In this document: in pieces, positions 17,100 to 27,410 of the stretch
Numbering within the stretch: position 1 is the stretch's first letter
Layout: each line of letters opens with the position of its first letter
Assembly (NCBI RefSeq): GCF_018336915.1
Contig: NZ_CP064923.1
Coordinates: 2,160,001-2,192,000, forward strand
DNA from: Acaryochloris marina S15
Lineage (GTDB): Bacteria > Cyanobacteriota > Cyanobacteriia > Thermosynechococcales > Thermosynechococcaceae
Direction: 5' to 3'
DNA length: 32,000 bases
Made by a program: the position numbers and the translations under genes
The notes under the pieces: generated by a model
Databases searched by the model: none
What the model was told of the DNA's origin: nothing
Seen by the model: the letters and a program-made list of their open reading frames with translations, nothing else

Positions 17100-19118
17100 A
17101 TGAATAGTTTCCGAAATATTGCCCTGGTGGGTCCCTATTCCAGTGGCAAAACAACGCTCCTCGAAAGTTTACTCCATGTCACGGAGGTCACCACCCGAAA
17201 AGGGTCCATAAAAGAAGGCAACACCGTGGGGGATGCAAGCGCTGAAGCCCGGGAACGCCAAATGAGTACAGAAGTAACGGCTGCCAGTTTTGAACATGGC
17301 GGCCTTTCTTTTACTTTTTTAGACTGCCCAGGTTCTGTCGAGTTATTGCAAGAAACCCTAAACTGTCTGGTTGGGGTTGATGCTGCTGTAGTGGTGTGTG
17401 AGCCTGAACCCGAGAAAGTCCTCACCCTGGCTCCCTTATTTCAAACCCTGGATGAATGGGAAATTCCCCATCTGGTGTTTATCAATAAAATGGATCGTGC
17501 CAACGCTCCCTTTAGCGAAGTCTTAGATGCTCTCAAGCAAGTCTCCAGCCGTCCTCTGGTCCTTCATCAATACCCCATTGGCCAAAACGAAGACCTTCAG
17601 GGATTTATTGATCTCGTTTCTGAACAAGCTTTCCATTACCATCCCGACTCCCCTGCGGACCCGATACCTTTACCTGCAGAACTGGCGGATCAGGAAAAAG
17701 CGGCCCATACAGAAATGTTGGAAGCGTTAGCTGATTTTGATGATCATCTTTTAGAAGAACTCTTAGAAGATATTGAGCCACCCCAATCCGAAGTCTTACA
17801 AGATCTGAAAACAGAACTTGGGGCCGATTTAATTGTGCCGGTCTTTATAGGGGTCGCTGAGGCAGGATTTGGGATTCGTCCCCTACTAGACGCCCTTGAG
17901 AAGGAAGCACCCGATGCGAATGACACGGCTCAATCTCGTGAACTAGAACCCAGCTCAGATCGTCTGGTTGCCCAGGTATTGAAAAACTATTTCTCTCCTC
18001 AGGGCGGCAAACTATCCCTAGTGCGAGTGTGGCAAGGGACCCTGACCGAGGGGATGACCTTAAACCAAGTGCGAGTCGGTGGCATCTACCGTTTATTGGG
18101 ACAACAGCAACAGAGTCTCACCCAAGCAAAGGCGGGAGACATTGTGGCCTTGAGCCGCTTAGATGGGGCCAAAACTGGGGATACCCTTGTTGTTGTTAAT
18201 GGAGTTGCTCCTCCAGATTTACCGACGGCTCAGCAGCTTGAACCCGTCTATTCTCTAGCGATTTCCCCCAGAGATCGCAAAGATGAAGTCAAACTCAGCG
18301 GTGCCATTAGTAAGCTCTTGGAAGAAGACCCCAGTTTGAGTTGGGAGCATCGGGACACCACCCACGAAATTGTGCTGTGGGGGCAAGGGGATATCCACCT
18401 GCAAATTGCCACGGATCGGCTACAACGTAAACATAAGTTACCCATCAAAACCCATACCCCCCATGTCCCCTACATGGAAAGTATTCGCAAGTCAGCCTCT
18501 AGTCATGGCCGCTATAAGCACCAAACCGGTGGACATGGTCAATATGGAGATGTGCAGTTAGATATCAAACCGAAGGCGAGAGGAGAAGGCTTCAGCTTTA
18601 AGGACACCATTGTGGGAGGGGTGGTCCCTCGACAATATATCCCAGGTGTGGAGATGGGCGTTCGTGAATTCCTTCAGCATGGTGTGTTGGGTTTCCCCAT
18701 CGTCGATATTGATGTCACCCTCACCGATGGCTCCTATCACTCGGTGGATAGCTCAGAACAGGCCTTTAAGCAGGCGGCACGGATTGCCATGCAGTCTGGA
18801 CTTCCCAATTGCCAACCCGTACTCTTGGAACCTATTGAACGAGTGACCCTATCCACTCCGACAGAATTCACATCCAAGGTCCTGCGTTTAATCAGTAATC
18901 ATCGCGGTCAGGTCTTAGGCTATGAAGGCAAGGCCGATTGGGACAGCTGGGATGAAATCTCGGCTTATTTGCCGATGGCAGAGATGCAAAGCTTGATTAT
19001 TGAGTTGAGATCCCTCACCCAGGGGGTTGGCTTCTTTAATTGGCGAGACGATCATTTGGAAGAAGTGCCCGACAAAGTAGCCGAACGGGTTTTGGCAAGA
19101 GTCGAAACAGAAGTCTAG
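17100..19118 (+). CDS. Elongation factor G paralog (EF-G-like translational GTPase)
   Basis: G1 is GPYSSGKTT, G3 is DCPG, G4 is NKMD. EF-G domains II-V can be followed through to the C-terminus. I prefer ATG 17100, preceded by GAGG, over the track's TTG 17055. Confidence 0.85.
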   Translation: MNSFRNIALVGPYSSGKTTLLESLLHVTEVTTRKGSIKEGNTVGDASAEARERQMSTEVTAASFEHGGLSFTFLDCPGSVELLQETLNCLVGVDAAVVVCEPEPEKVLTLAPLFQTLDEWEIPHLVFINKMDRANAPFSEVLDALKQVSSRPLVLHQYPIGQNEDLQGFIDLVSEQAFHYHPDSPADPIPLPAELADQEKAAHTEMLEALADFDDHLLEELLEDIEPPQSEVLQDLKTELGADLIVPVFIGVAEAGFGIRPLLDALEKEAPDANDTAQSRELEPSSDRLVAQVLKNYFSPQGGKLSLVRVWQGTLTEGMTLNQVRVGGIYRLLGQQQQSLTQAKAGDIVALSRLDGAKTGDTLVVVNGVAPPDLPTAQQLEPVYSLAISPRDRKDEVKLSGAISKLLEEDPSLSWEHRDTTHEIVLWGQGDIHLQIATDRLQRKHKLPIKTHTPHVPYMESIRKSASSHGRYKHQTGGHGQYGDVQLDIKPKARGEGFSFKDTIVGGVVPRQYIPGVEMGVREFLQHGVLGFPIVDIDVTLTDGSYHSVDSSEQAFKQAARIAMQSGLPNCQPVLLEPIERVTLSTPTEFTSKVLRLISNHRGQVLGYEGKADWDSWDEISAYLPMAEMQSLIIELRSLTQGVGFFNWRDDHLEEVPDKVAERVLARVETEV

Positions 19119-19146
19119 CCTTACCCAAGTCTTTCTCCGAATTTTT

Positions 19147-19184
19147 GTGATGCGGTCTGTTGGTATCAACCGCATCACTTTTTT
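19147..19184 (+). terminator. Rho-independent terminator downstream of the EF-G-like gene
   Basis: Perfect 10-bp stem GTGATGCGGT / ACCGCATCAC (19147-19156 / 19169-19178), a 12-nt loop, then T6 (19179-19184). Confidence 0.8.
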
Positions 19185-19517
19185 GATGAATACCCTCAGA
19201 TTTACAAACAAATTTTTCCCAAATATTGATAAATTATGAAGTTCTTTTGCCTATCCTAAGATAGGCTGCATATTCTCTATACAAAGCGGGCATGTTAAAC
19301 CTGCAACCAGTGAGAAGTGCTTAGATCACAGCCCCTATCTGTTTTGGGTCACAGTCAACATTAATGAGCGAAGATTATATTTTCTTATAAAGGGAATAAA
19401 ATTACTCAAGCTCAAGGGATATTGTCGAGTGCCTCTAGGCAAAAATGCATATTCTAAGCAATAATGCGTAGTCAAGTGTGTGTGTGTTGTTTGTGTTTGT
19501 GAGGAGTTACAGTCGTT

Positions 19518-20420
19518 GTGCGGAAAAGAAGCGAAGGCGATCTCGATGGTATCCCCAGCTACGTTCGAAGAACTACAAGTGCTTATTCCCCCCAGCAATT
19601 ACCTATAGGTGTCTTTGATAGCGGTGTGGGTGGTTTAACGGTTCTGAAGGAATTGCAGCAGCAGCTTCCTCAGGAGTCTTTTCTCTATTTTGGGGATACG
19701 GCGAATGTCCCCTATGGAACACGCTCTCAATCCGAAATTCTCGGATTTGTCCGCCAAATTTTGCGTTGGATGACATCTCAACCCATCAAGATGGCAATTA
19801 TGGCCTGCAATACTAGCTCAGCATTAGCCTTAGATGAAGTGCGTGCTGAGTTTGATATTCCTATCTTAGGTATTATCCTGCCAGGGGCACGAGCAGCCGT
19901 TAAACAAGGGAAACGTATCGGCGTGATTGCAACGCCTGCCACAGTGGCGAGTAAAAGTTATCCGCAAGCGATTCAAGAGGTCAATGCCACTGCCCAGGTT
20001 TTCCAAGAGGCCTGCCCAGAATTTGTCCCTCTCATTGAACACAACCGCATTCGCGAACCTGAAACCCTCCACATTGTCCACCAACACTTAAAGCAACTTC
20101 TGCAACAAGGAATTGACACTCTTGTCTACGGATGTACCCATTACCCTCATTTGTCTGGTGTGATTCGACAAATTTTGCCACCCCACGTCAAAACCGTTGA
20201 CCCGGCTGTGTATATCACTACCGCTGCAAAACAAGAGCTAAAGCTTCTCCAATTGCAGAACGGAAACCCCTCTCCAACGACTCGGTTCTTTGTCAGTGGT
20301 TGTCCCGAACAGTTTGCTGAGTTATCCTACCAATGGCTAGGGTTTCTGCCAGTCGTTGAGAAGGTTGTCTTGCCTGAACTCGCCTCACCACAATCTGTTG
20401 AGGCTGTTGAGCAGATTTAA
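19518..20420 (+). CDS. murI: Glutamate racemase
   Basis: Motifs IGVFDSGVGGLTV, the ACNTSSA first catalytic Cys and the GCTHYP second catalytic Cys. There is no in-frame ATG before the conserved core. The GTG 19518 start is preceded by GAGGAG at 19501-19506. Confidence 0.9.
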   Translation: MRKRSEGDLDGIPSYVRRTTSAYSPQQLPIGVFDSGVGGLTVLKELQQQLPQESFLYFGDTANVPYGTRSQSEILGFVRQILRWMTSQPIKMAIMACNTSSALALDEVRAEFDIPILGIILPGARAAVKQGKRIGVIATPATVASKSYPQAIQEVNATAQVFQEACPEFVPLIEHNRIREPETLHIVHQHLKQLLQQGIDTLVYGCTHYPHLSGVIRQILPPHVKTVDPAVYITTAAKQELKLLQLQNGNPSPTTRFFVSGCPEQFAELSYQWLGFLPVVEKVVLPELASPQSVEAVEQI

Positions 20421-20620
20421 ATCTACCAGATCAAGATTGCTGTCCTTAATGCAAGGCAGAGGTTCGCGAACACGTCATGGTTGCTATTGTTGATTCGTCT
20501 CAACAGTGGTTGATTAGTTTGACTAGGTTTATAGGGATTGTTGTTACAGAACAACAGTTCTAGCCTCGTGGGGTGGCTCACGATCGAGCTGGCTTGATTT
20601 AAGTTGCAATTTTAGGATCT

Positions 20621-21715
20621 ATGTATAGTCTTCATTCTTGGTTGAAAAGAACAGCCCTGCTGCTGCTCACCCTCGCTTTTTCCTTTGGTCTATCAGGGCC
20701 AGTCTGGTCCGCCCCGCTTTTGTCGCTATCTGTTTTACCAACGGCTAATGCCGTGAAAGATGGCAATAGCATTCTGCGTTTTGCCCTACCCATTGATGAA
20801 CCCTATATTCGGGATATTCAAAATGCTGTAGAGGGAACGACGCCCCAAATTCGCGGCAAACGATGGCCTGAAATTCGCAAAGGACTGGGCAAAGCGAAAA
20901 GAACCCTCGATTTTCACCGCTCCGATATTTTGGCGGCGGTTGTGACTGATCAACAAGGGGTTGCAGCCGAACAGTTAGATCTAATTGGTCAAGCGTTACT
21001 AGAATTAGAAGATGCTGTAGCGAACAAGGACATTGACCAGTTCAACGCCATTCGTAAACCTCTGGCGGATCGAGTGGGCATTATCGAAGAAGCGATGCTC
21101 ACAGAGTTTCCCTTTGAGGTGCCTGAAGAATATCAAAATCTGCCTCAATTGAAAGGTCGAGCCACGATTGCTGTCACTACCAGTAAAGGTGAGATGACGA
21201 TGGTGGTAGATGGCTATAGTGCTCCAGTGACAGCAGGGAACTTTGTCGATCTCGTTCAGCGCAAATTTTACGATGGCCTAGAGTTCACCCGGGCTGAAGA
21301 GTCTTATGTGGTTCAAACGGGCGATCCAGATGGTCCCGATGCAGGTTTCATCGATCCTAGCACTGGAGAATACCGGGCTATTCCTCTAGAAATCATGGTT
21401 AAGGGCGATTCTGAGCCGATTTATGGTTCTACTTTGGAAGAGCTGGGAATCTACCTAGATGAGCCAGTATTGACTTTCTCTTCCTACGGCACTATGGCAA
21501 TGGCTCGGCCAGGCGATGATGCTAACGGCGGTTCTTCCCAGTTCTTTTTCTTGCTTTTTGAACCTGAACTAACGCCTGCTGGCTCAAATCTATTGGATGG
21601 TCGTTATGCGGTCTTTGGATACGTGGTGGAAGGCCAAGATGTGCTCGGTATGATTAAGCCCGGCGACGTGATTGAGTCTGCTCGGGTGATTAAAGGGGCT
21701 GAGAATCTAGTCTAA
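20621..21715 (+). CDS. Cyclophilin-type peptidyl-prolyl isomerase with an N-terminal helical domain (TLP40/CYP38-like, lumenal/periplasmic)
   Basis: 364 aa. There is a signal peptide (LLLLTLAFSFGLSGPVWSA). The C-terminal cyclophilin core includes VDGYSAPVTAGNFVDLVQRKFYDG and GTMAMARPGDDANGGSSQFFF. Confidence 0.85.
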   Translation: MYSLHSWLKRTALLLLTLAFSFGLSGPVWSAPLLSLSVLPTANAVKDGNSILRFALPIDEPYIRDIQNAVEGTTPQIRGKRWPEIRKGLGKAKRTLDFHRSDILAAVVTDQQGVAAEQLDLIGQALLELEDAVANKDIDQFNAIRKPLADRVGIIEEAMLTEFPFEVPEEYQNLPQLKGRATIAVTTSKGEMTMVVDGYSAPVTAGNFVDLVQRKFYDGLEFTRAEESYVVQTGDPDGPDAGFIDPSTGEYRAIPLEIMVKGDSEPIYGSTLEELGIYLDEPVLTFSSYGTMAMARPGDDANGGSSQFFFLLFEPELTPAGSNLLDGRYAVFGYVVEGQDVLGMIKPGDVIESARVIKGAENLV

Positions 21716-21749
21716 TTTCAAAATCTAGACCAGTATCAACCACAATAGG

Positions 21750-21783
21750 CTTGGGAACTTAACGCGGTTCCCAGGTCTTTTTT
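21750..21783 (+). terminator. Rho-independent terminator downstream of the cyclophilin gene
   Basis: 9-bp stem CTTGGGAAC / GTTCCCAGG (one G-U pair), an 8-nt loop, then TCTTTTTT (21776-21783). Confidence 0.7.
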
Positions 21784-21796
21784 GATCAGGTTATGG

Positions 21797-22804
21797 ATGA
21801 AAAATAAAAACCTAGGTCTCACGGTGGCCGAGTTAGGTGAGCAACAGTTATTACAGCGGCTGTATCGGTTTTGTGAACCCAGTATGGTGGGCGATGATGC
21901 AGCGGTGCTCACCCCTCGTTCAGGACATCACCTTGTGGTGACGACGGATATGTTGGTGGATGGGATTCACTTTAGCGATCGCACCACGTCTCCCGCTGAT
22001 GTCGGTTGGCGATCGGCTGCCGCAAATTTGTCGGATATCGCAGCTATGGGGGCTAGCCCTTTGGGGCTGACCATCAGTCTAGGCTTACCTGGAACATTAC
22101 CTGTGAGCTGGCTCGATCAGTTTTATCAGGGGGTGGCCGATTGCTTAAACACCTATGGAACGGCCATTATTGGTGGAGATTTGAGTCGTTCTTCAGTCAT
22201 TACCGTGAGCATGACGGCGTTAGGGGAGGTCTTGCCCCAGGAAGAAATTTTGCGCTCTACGGCTCAACCGGGAGATGCAATTGTGGTTACGGGTGTGCAT
22301 GGTGCTGCTCGGGCTGGATTAGAACTCTTACTCCACCCGGATTGGGGACAGACATTGAGTCTTACAGAGCGATTAGCGCTACAGAAAGCCCATCAGCGTC
22401 CTCAACCCCGATTAGATGTGATTCAAGCGCTTCAACAATTCACACCTGTTCCTAGGGCGACAGGAATGGATAGTAGTGATGGTTTAGCGGATGCTGTTTT
22501 ACAAATTTGTAGAGCTAGTGGAGTTGGGGCTGAGATCCAGCAAACTCAAATCTCGATACCCGATAGTTGTAAAAACTCTCAAGTTTTAACCTCAGAGCAA
22601 GCCCTAGAATGGGCGCTTTATGGGGGCGAAGATTTTGAGTTGGTTCTCTGTTTACCGCTATCCTCGGCACAGAAGTTGGTTGAAAAACTAGACTCAACAG
22701 CAGTGATTTTAGGTCAAATCATTGCTGGGAATGATATCAAGTTAATCAGAAAAGATGGGACAAAATATTTTTTAGATCTGCAAAAAGGCTATCAGCACTT
22801 TTGA
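21797..22804 (+). CDS. thiL: Thiamine-monophosphate kinase
   Basis: Motifs ELGEQQLLQRL, GDDAAVL, TTDMLVDGIHF, NLSDIAAMGA and an AIR-synthase-like C-terminal domain. I prefer ATG 21797 over the track's TTG 21782. Confidence 0.88.
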   Translation: MKNKNLGLTVAELGEQQLLQRLYRFCEPSMVGDDAAVLTPRSGHHLVVTTDMLVDGIHFSDRTTSPADVGWRSAAANLSDIAAMGASPLGLTISLGLPGTLPVSWLDQFYQGVADCLNTYGTAIIGGDLSRSSVITVSMTALGEVLPQEEILRSTAQPGDAIVVTGVHGAARAGLELLLHPDWGQTLSLTERLALQKAHQRPQPRLDVIQALQQFTPVPRATGMDSSDGLADAVLQICRASGVGAEIQQTQISIPDSCKNSQVLTSEQALEWALYGGEDFELVLCLPLSSAQKLVEKLDSTAVILGQIIAGNDIKLIRKDGTKYFLDLQKGYQHF

Positions 22805-22834
22805 TAAACTATATTATCTAGAGTTGGGTAACAC

Positions 22835-23263
22835 ATGCAAAAAGCAGTTCGATATTTAGACACTGCAATACCAAGCATGCCCTGTGCAGATATTTCATAT
22901 GCATGGACCTCTATCCTTAATATAACCATGCATTTCGCTAGAGTTATGGGTGGTTTTGAGTCAGATCTCAGCATCACTTTCGAGCATCCTTTTGCTTTTC
23001 AGTGGGAGAAGGAATCCTTTGGTTTAATCGCATTACCCTCTCCGATTCCACAATGTGAGCATCCGAACTTTCAAGATTGGACCTACCCTATACTCATTTT
23101 TCATAATTCGCCTTGGGCAGATCAATATGCTGCTCATTTCATGACTGACGAAGAATTTCAAGTCCACAAAATACAGCATTTTATTTTCATCTCAATGAAT
23201 GATGTTTGTCACATACTGTCACTGGAGAATCCCAGGATATTGGTGATAAAGGAACAGTTATAA
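22835..23263 (+). CDS. Hypothetical protein (orphan, A+T-rich gene)
   Basis: 142-aa ORF with no recognisable motif. The true start could be internal (MHFARVMGG...). Its composition is visibly more A+T-rich than thiL and the P450 gene on either side. Confidence 0.45.
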   Translation: MQKAVRYLDTAIPSMPCADISYAWTSILNITMHFARVMGGFESDLSITFEHPFAFQWEKESFGLIALPSPIPQCEHPNFQDWTYPILIFHNSPWADQYAAHFMTDEEFQVHKIQHFIFISMNDVCHILSLENPRILVIKEQL

Positions 23264-23422
23264 AACCTTCTCAGGAACAGCCTATGGCCAACCTTGGAAA
23301 ATTTACTCAAGGGAATAGAGTCTTAAGTTTCCACCTAAAATTCTGATCTTCCCTGGCAAGATATTGGGCCTGCTATGAGAGTGGTATCAAGATTAGCCTA
23401 TTGATAGCTTGGAGAAAAAACA

Positions 23423-24781
23423 ATGACTACTACAGCGCCTGCCCCTACTCCGTCTGCGCCAATTCCTCGTGTTCAAGTGCCAACTTGGCTGCAAACGATT
23501 CGAGCCATAGTCAACCCCATTCCTTATTTGGAAAACGCCCAAGCCGATTATGGTGACATCTTTGAAGGTCGATCCTTTGGCTTCCCACCCTTTGTTATCC
23601 TCAGTTATCCTGATGCCATTGAGCAGGTCTTTACCACTGACCCCAATCTTTTCGATAGTGTCAGCGGCAACCGGATCATCTCTCCTATTACGGGCGATCA
23701 GGGCCTCCTTCTATTAGATGGGGAAGCCCACAAAAAACGGCGAAAACTGGTGATGCCCCCCTTTCATGGTGAGCGAATGCGGGCTTATGGTGAATCGATG
23801 TGTGCGATCGCAACTCAAGTATCGCAAGAATGGCCCCAAAATCAGCCCTTTGTGATGCTCTCAGCCACCCAAGAAATCACCCTTCGGATTATCCTTCGGA
23901 CCATTTTTGGCATTGACAACAATGAACGCTTTCAGCAGCTGCGCCAGCTCTTGGACGAGATGCTCCATACCTTCGATACTTCCTTGGGGTCTAGCCATCT
24001 CTTTCTCACGGGTTTGCAAAAAGATTTAGGGCCTTGGAGTTTATGGGGAAAATTTTTACGTCGTCGTCAAGCCATTAATGCGCTTCTGCTCGCCGAAATT
24101 CAGGAAAGGCGCCAGCAGCCCTTGGGGCAAGATATTCTCAGCCTACTCCTGGCTGCCCGAGATGAGCAGGGAGAACCCATGAGCGATACCGAATTACGGG
24201 ATGAGTTGATGACATTGCTCTTTGCTGGCCATGAAACTACCGCTTCTGCATTGGCTTGGGCCTTTTATTGGATTCATAAAGTTCCAGAAGTGCGAACTAA
24301 ATTACTGGCAGAACTCAGTGCCATCACTCCAGATACTGACCCGAGTGAGATTGCTAAGATGCCCTATCTCAGTGCAGTCTGCTCAGAAACCTTGCGAATT
24401 TATCCGCTGGTGTTGTTTACCTTTAGCCGTACCCTCAAACAGCCCCTGCGAGTCATGGGATACGATCTGCCTGCAGGGGTAATGCTGACCCCCTGTATTT
24501 ATCTGGTTCATCATCGTGAAGATCTCTACCCTAATCCCGATACCTTCCGGCCCGAACGGTTTTTGGAACGCCAGTTTTCACCCTATGAGTATTTCCCCTT
24601 TGGAGGGAGTAATCGACGCTGTTTAGGATACGCGTTTGCCTTATTTGAAATGAAATTAGTGCTGGCCACCATCCTCAAACAAGCGCCCTTGCAATTGGTT
24701 AGCTCCAAATCAATTCAACCTGTTCGGCGGGGAATCACCTTTACGCCAGCAGGAGGCGTACCCATGCTAGCTACTCGCTGA
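23423..24781 (+). CDS. Cytochrome P450 (cyanobacterial CYP110/CYP120-like class)
   Basis: Heme-thiolate loop FPFGGSNRRCLGYAFALFEM (FxxGxxxCxG), I-helix LFAGHETTASAL and K-helix SETLR. Confidence 0.92.
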   Translation: MTTTAPAPTPSAPIPRVQVPTWLQTIRAIVNPIPYLENAQADYGDIFEGRSFGFPPFVILSYPDAIEQVFTTDPNLFDSVSGNRIISPITGDQGLLLLDGEAHKKRRKLVMPPFHGERMRAYGESMCAIATQVSQEWPQNQPFVMLSATQEITLRIILRTIFGIDNNERFQQLRQLLDEMLHTFDTSLGSSHLFLTGLQKDLGPWSLWGKFLRRRQAINALLLAEIQERRQQPLGQDILSLLLAARDEQGEPMSDTELRDELMTLLFAGHETTASALAWAFYWIHKVPEVRTKLLAELSAITPDTDPSEIAKMPYLSAVCSETLRIYPLVLFTFSRTLKQPLRVMGYDLPAGVMLTPCIYLVHHREDLYPNPDTFRPERFLERQFSPYEYFPFGGSNRRCLGYAFALFEMKLVLATILKQAPLQLVSSKSIQPVRRGITFTPAGGVPMLATR

Positions 24782-24812
24782 GGTGGCTAATTCTGGATTA
24801 GAATATTTCTCC

Positions 24813-25556
24813 CTAGAGTTCCTTCTTTAGGCTCAGGAGCATTCGGTCTGCTTTATTAGCGGTATGGCGATGCTGTCTGTAATAAAATTCAGGGCAAGCT
24901 TTCAGTTTTGACAGCATTGTCTTCAAGATATCGTGGGCATCTTGTTTTTCACCATCTTCTGCTTGAAGTGTAGCTAATATTAATGCTGCCTCAGGATGAC
25001 TCCAGTGTTTAATATCTTGAATAAGGTGGAGTTTTGCTAATTCTCGCTGTTCACTGGCGACGAGAACTTTACCTAGCAGCAAGGATGCATCGCCCCGTTT
25101 ATATTCAGGATCTAGGGATAGAATCTGCTGGAGATAGGCTTGAGCATCCTCCCACCGTTTAGCCGATGCTGCCACTGACGCCAGTCCCCATAGGGCATCG
25201 AGATGATTGGGCTCTTTCGAAATGGCTTCTTGAAAGGCTTCCTCTGCTTGAGTCACCTTGCTCATCTCTATCAAAACGTTACCCAGTTGAACATACTGGT
25301 GGGATTTTCCAATATTAACGACTGCAGCTTCAGCTGCTCGCAACTCCCTTCCTTTAGTCCAGCGTTTTAAGTAACTGGGAGCTGAAGAAGTATCCATTCG
25401 CGGTAGCATTCTCGTCGCGAAATAAATGACAGCACCAAGATAGTTAAAGAAGAGCAATAGCCAGATCCAAATATTTCGATCTGGATCGTTTCGGATGCAA
25501 TCAAAAATCGCATACATCCAAAAACCAGTTGTGGCAAGTACAACAATGTGAAACAT
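24813..25556 (-). CDS. Membrane-anchored protein: PLD-nuclease-N-terminal-type (PLDc_N) two-helix anchor plus TPR repeats
   Basis: The N-terminus FWMYAIFDCIRNDPDRNIWIWLLLFFNYLGAVIYFATR fits the PLDc_N pattern. The rest is about 3-4 TPR-like units. Confidence 0.65.
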   Translation of the reverse strand: MFHIVVLATTGFWMYAIFDCIRNDPDRNIWIWLLLFFNYLGAVIYFATRMLPRMDTSSAPSYLKRWTKGRELRAAEAAVVNIGKSHQYVQLGNVLIEMSKVTQAEEAFQEAISKEPNHLDALWGLASVAASAKRWEDAQAYLQQILSLDPEYKRGDASLLLGKVLVASEQRELAKLHLIQDIKHWSHPEAALILATLQAEDGEKQDAHDILKTMLSKLKACPEFYYRQHRHTANKADRMLLSLKKEL

Positions 25557-25730
25557 TAAGGTAAATCTTATGAATTACCCTTAGGTTTCCCATCTCCAAC
25601 CTTTAGGTGATCGAATTTCACTTTTTTGAATAAAAAAAGCGGTTTTGTAGGTCAAGAGATCAATCGCTAAAATGATGTTCACTATCATCTAGCAGCCTAG
25701 TTTCCTACGGATGCCTAATAGAAGTAGCGA

Positions 25731-27410
25731 TTAGCCTAGGTTAACGCTATAGATTGTTTGTGTTCCCAACTCGTGACATAGAGGTAAAGGTAATTGATCT
25801 GCCTGAATGCTTTTTCGATCTAATTTGACTTGGAGATTCTTAAGCGGATCGGTGCCAGAAGAAATCAAAAATTCAACACTAGCAACATATGAATCTTGTT
25901 TTAAATTTTCAAAGATATGAGTAATGGCTTCCAGGTAAGGGTGTCCTTTTTGTTGGTACCAATCTGCCGAAGCAACGTTGGGTTGATCTAAGCCCAAATG
26001 GCAAATTAACGAGGGGCCTTCGAACAGTGCAATTCCGACTGGACGTGCCTCTTCTTGTAACAACAAATGCTGATTGTCTGCCAAGTGACGTAGTTTTTCA
26101 AGACGGTCGTAGCGTTGAGTCACATCTAAGGGGGCATCTTGCCATTGAATAGCAATCGTCAGCAGGTAGGTTTGCAAAAGCATATGACCTAACTTTTCTG
26201 CCTTCGTGTTTAAGTAGGTCGTATTGTAAGTGTTGGCCTCGATCAGCAAAGGTACTCGGTCTGCAACTTCTAATCCATAGCCTTTGAGCCCTGCAATCTT
26301 ACGGGGATTATTGGTAATCAGACGAAGTTTTTGAATTCCCAGATCATTGAGGATTTGAGCCCCTACACCGTAGTTTCGGAGATCGGCTGGGAACCCTAGT
26401 TTCTCATTAGCCTCTACGGTATCTAGACCCATATCTTGCAAGGAATAAGCCTTTAATTTATTGACTAGACCAATTCCACGGCCTTCTTGTCTTAAATACA
26501 CTACGACGCCCTGCCCCACATTCTCAATCATTTTGAGGGCGGCCTGGAGCTGCATACGACAGTCACAGCGGAGGGAGCCGATGGCATCTCCGGTAAGGCA
26601 TTCTGAGTGCATCCGCACCATTACGGGCTGTTGACCAAACTGTTTTGGATCACCTTTAACGATAGCGACATGTTCTTTGTGATCGAGCTGATTTCGGTAA
26701 GCATAAATTTGAAACTGGCCAAACTCAGTGGGCATCTCAGCAACGGTTTCTCGATGAACAAACCGTTCATGTTGAAGCCGATAGCTAATCAAATCGGCAA
26801 TGCTGATGATTTTAAGCTGATGTTCGCGGGCATAATCTTGAAGTTCTGGCAGTCGAGCCATGGATCCATCGGGATTTTGGATTTCACAGATTACACCAGC
26901 TGGATATAACCCTGCTAACCGAGTCATGTCAATCGCCGATTCAGTATGGCCTGCTCGGTTTAAAACACCGCCAGGGCGGGCTCTCAAGGGAAAAATATGC
27001 CCAGGTCGTCGCAAATCTGTGGGTAAAGAATCGGGATTGACGGCGACTTGAATCGTACGGGCGCGGTCTTCCGCTGAAATGCCGGTTGTGACACCTAAAT
27101 GAGGAGAGGCATCGATACTGACGGTAAAGGCCGTTTGGTTCATGTCGGTGTTATTGGTAACCATCAGGGGCAGCTCTAATGCATCTAATCGCTCCCCCGT
27201 CATGGCTAGGCAAATTAACCCCCGCGCTTCCACGGCCATAAAGTTAATCATGTCAGGGGTGGCGAATTGAGCTGCACAAATTAGGTCGCCTTCATTTTCC
27301 CGATTCTCATCATCCACCACGACAATGGCATGTCCCGCTTTAAACTCCGCAAGGGCGTCTTCAATGGAGTCAAATTCAAAAGAGTCTGTTGGCGTGTCGT
27401 GGGGATTCAA
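25731..27410 (-). CDS. ribBA: Bifunctional 3,4-dihydroxy-2-butanone-4-phosphate synthase / GTP cyclohydrolase II with a ~150-aa C-terminal extension
   Basis: The RibB part includes [15 protein letters not shown] and GHTE. The RibA part includes [14 protein letters not shown] and RQEGRGIGL. The start is ambiguous: TTG 27410 in the present sequence (see finding on the uORF and A6 run). Confidence 0.92.
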   Translation of the reverse strand: MNPHDTPTDSFEFDSIEDALAEFKAGHAIVVVDDENRENEGDLICAAQFATPDMINFMAVEARGLICLAMTGERLDALELPLMVTNNTDMNQTAFTVSIDASPHLGVTTGISAEDRARTIQVAVNPDSLPTDLRRPGHIFPLRARPGGVLNRAGHTESAIDMTRLAGLYPAGVICEIQNPDGSMARLPELQDYAREHQLKIISIADLISYRLQHERFVHRETVAEMPTEFGQFQIYAYRNQLDHKEHVAIVKGDPKQFGQQPVMVRMHSECLTGDAIGSLRCDCRMQLQAALKMIENVGQGVVVYLRQEGRGIGLVNKLKAYSLQDMGLDTVEANEKLGFPADLRNYGVGAQILNDLGIQKLRLITNNPRKIAGLKGYGLEVADRVPLLIEANTYNTTYLNTKAEKLGHMLLQTYLLTIAIQWQDAPLDVTQRYDRLEKLRHLADNQHLLLQEEARPVGIALFEGPSLICHLGLDQPNVASADWYQQKGHPYLEAITHIFENLKQDSYVASVEFLISSGTDPLKNLQVKLDRKSIQADQLPLPLCHELGTQTIYSVNLG

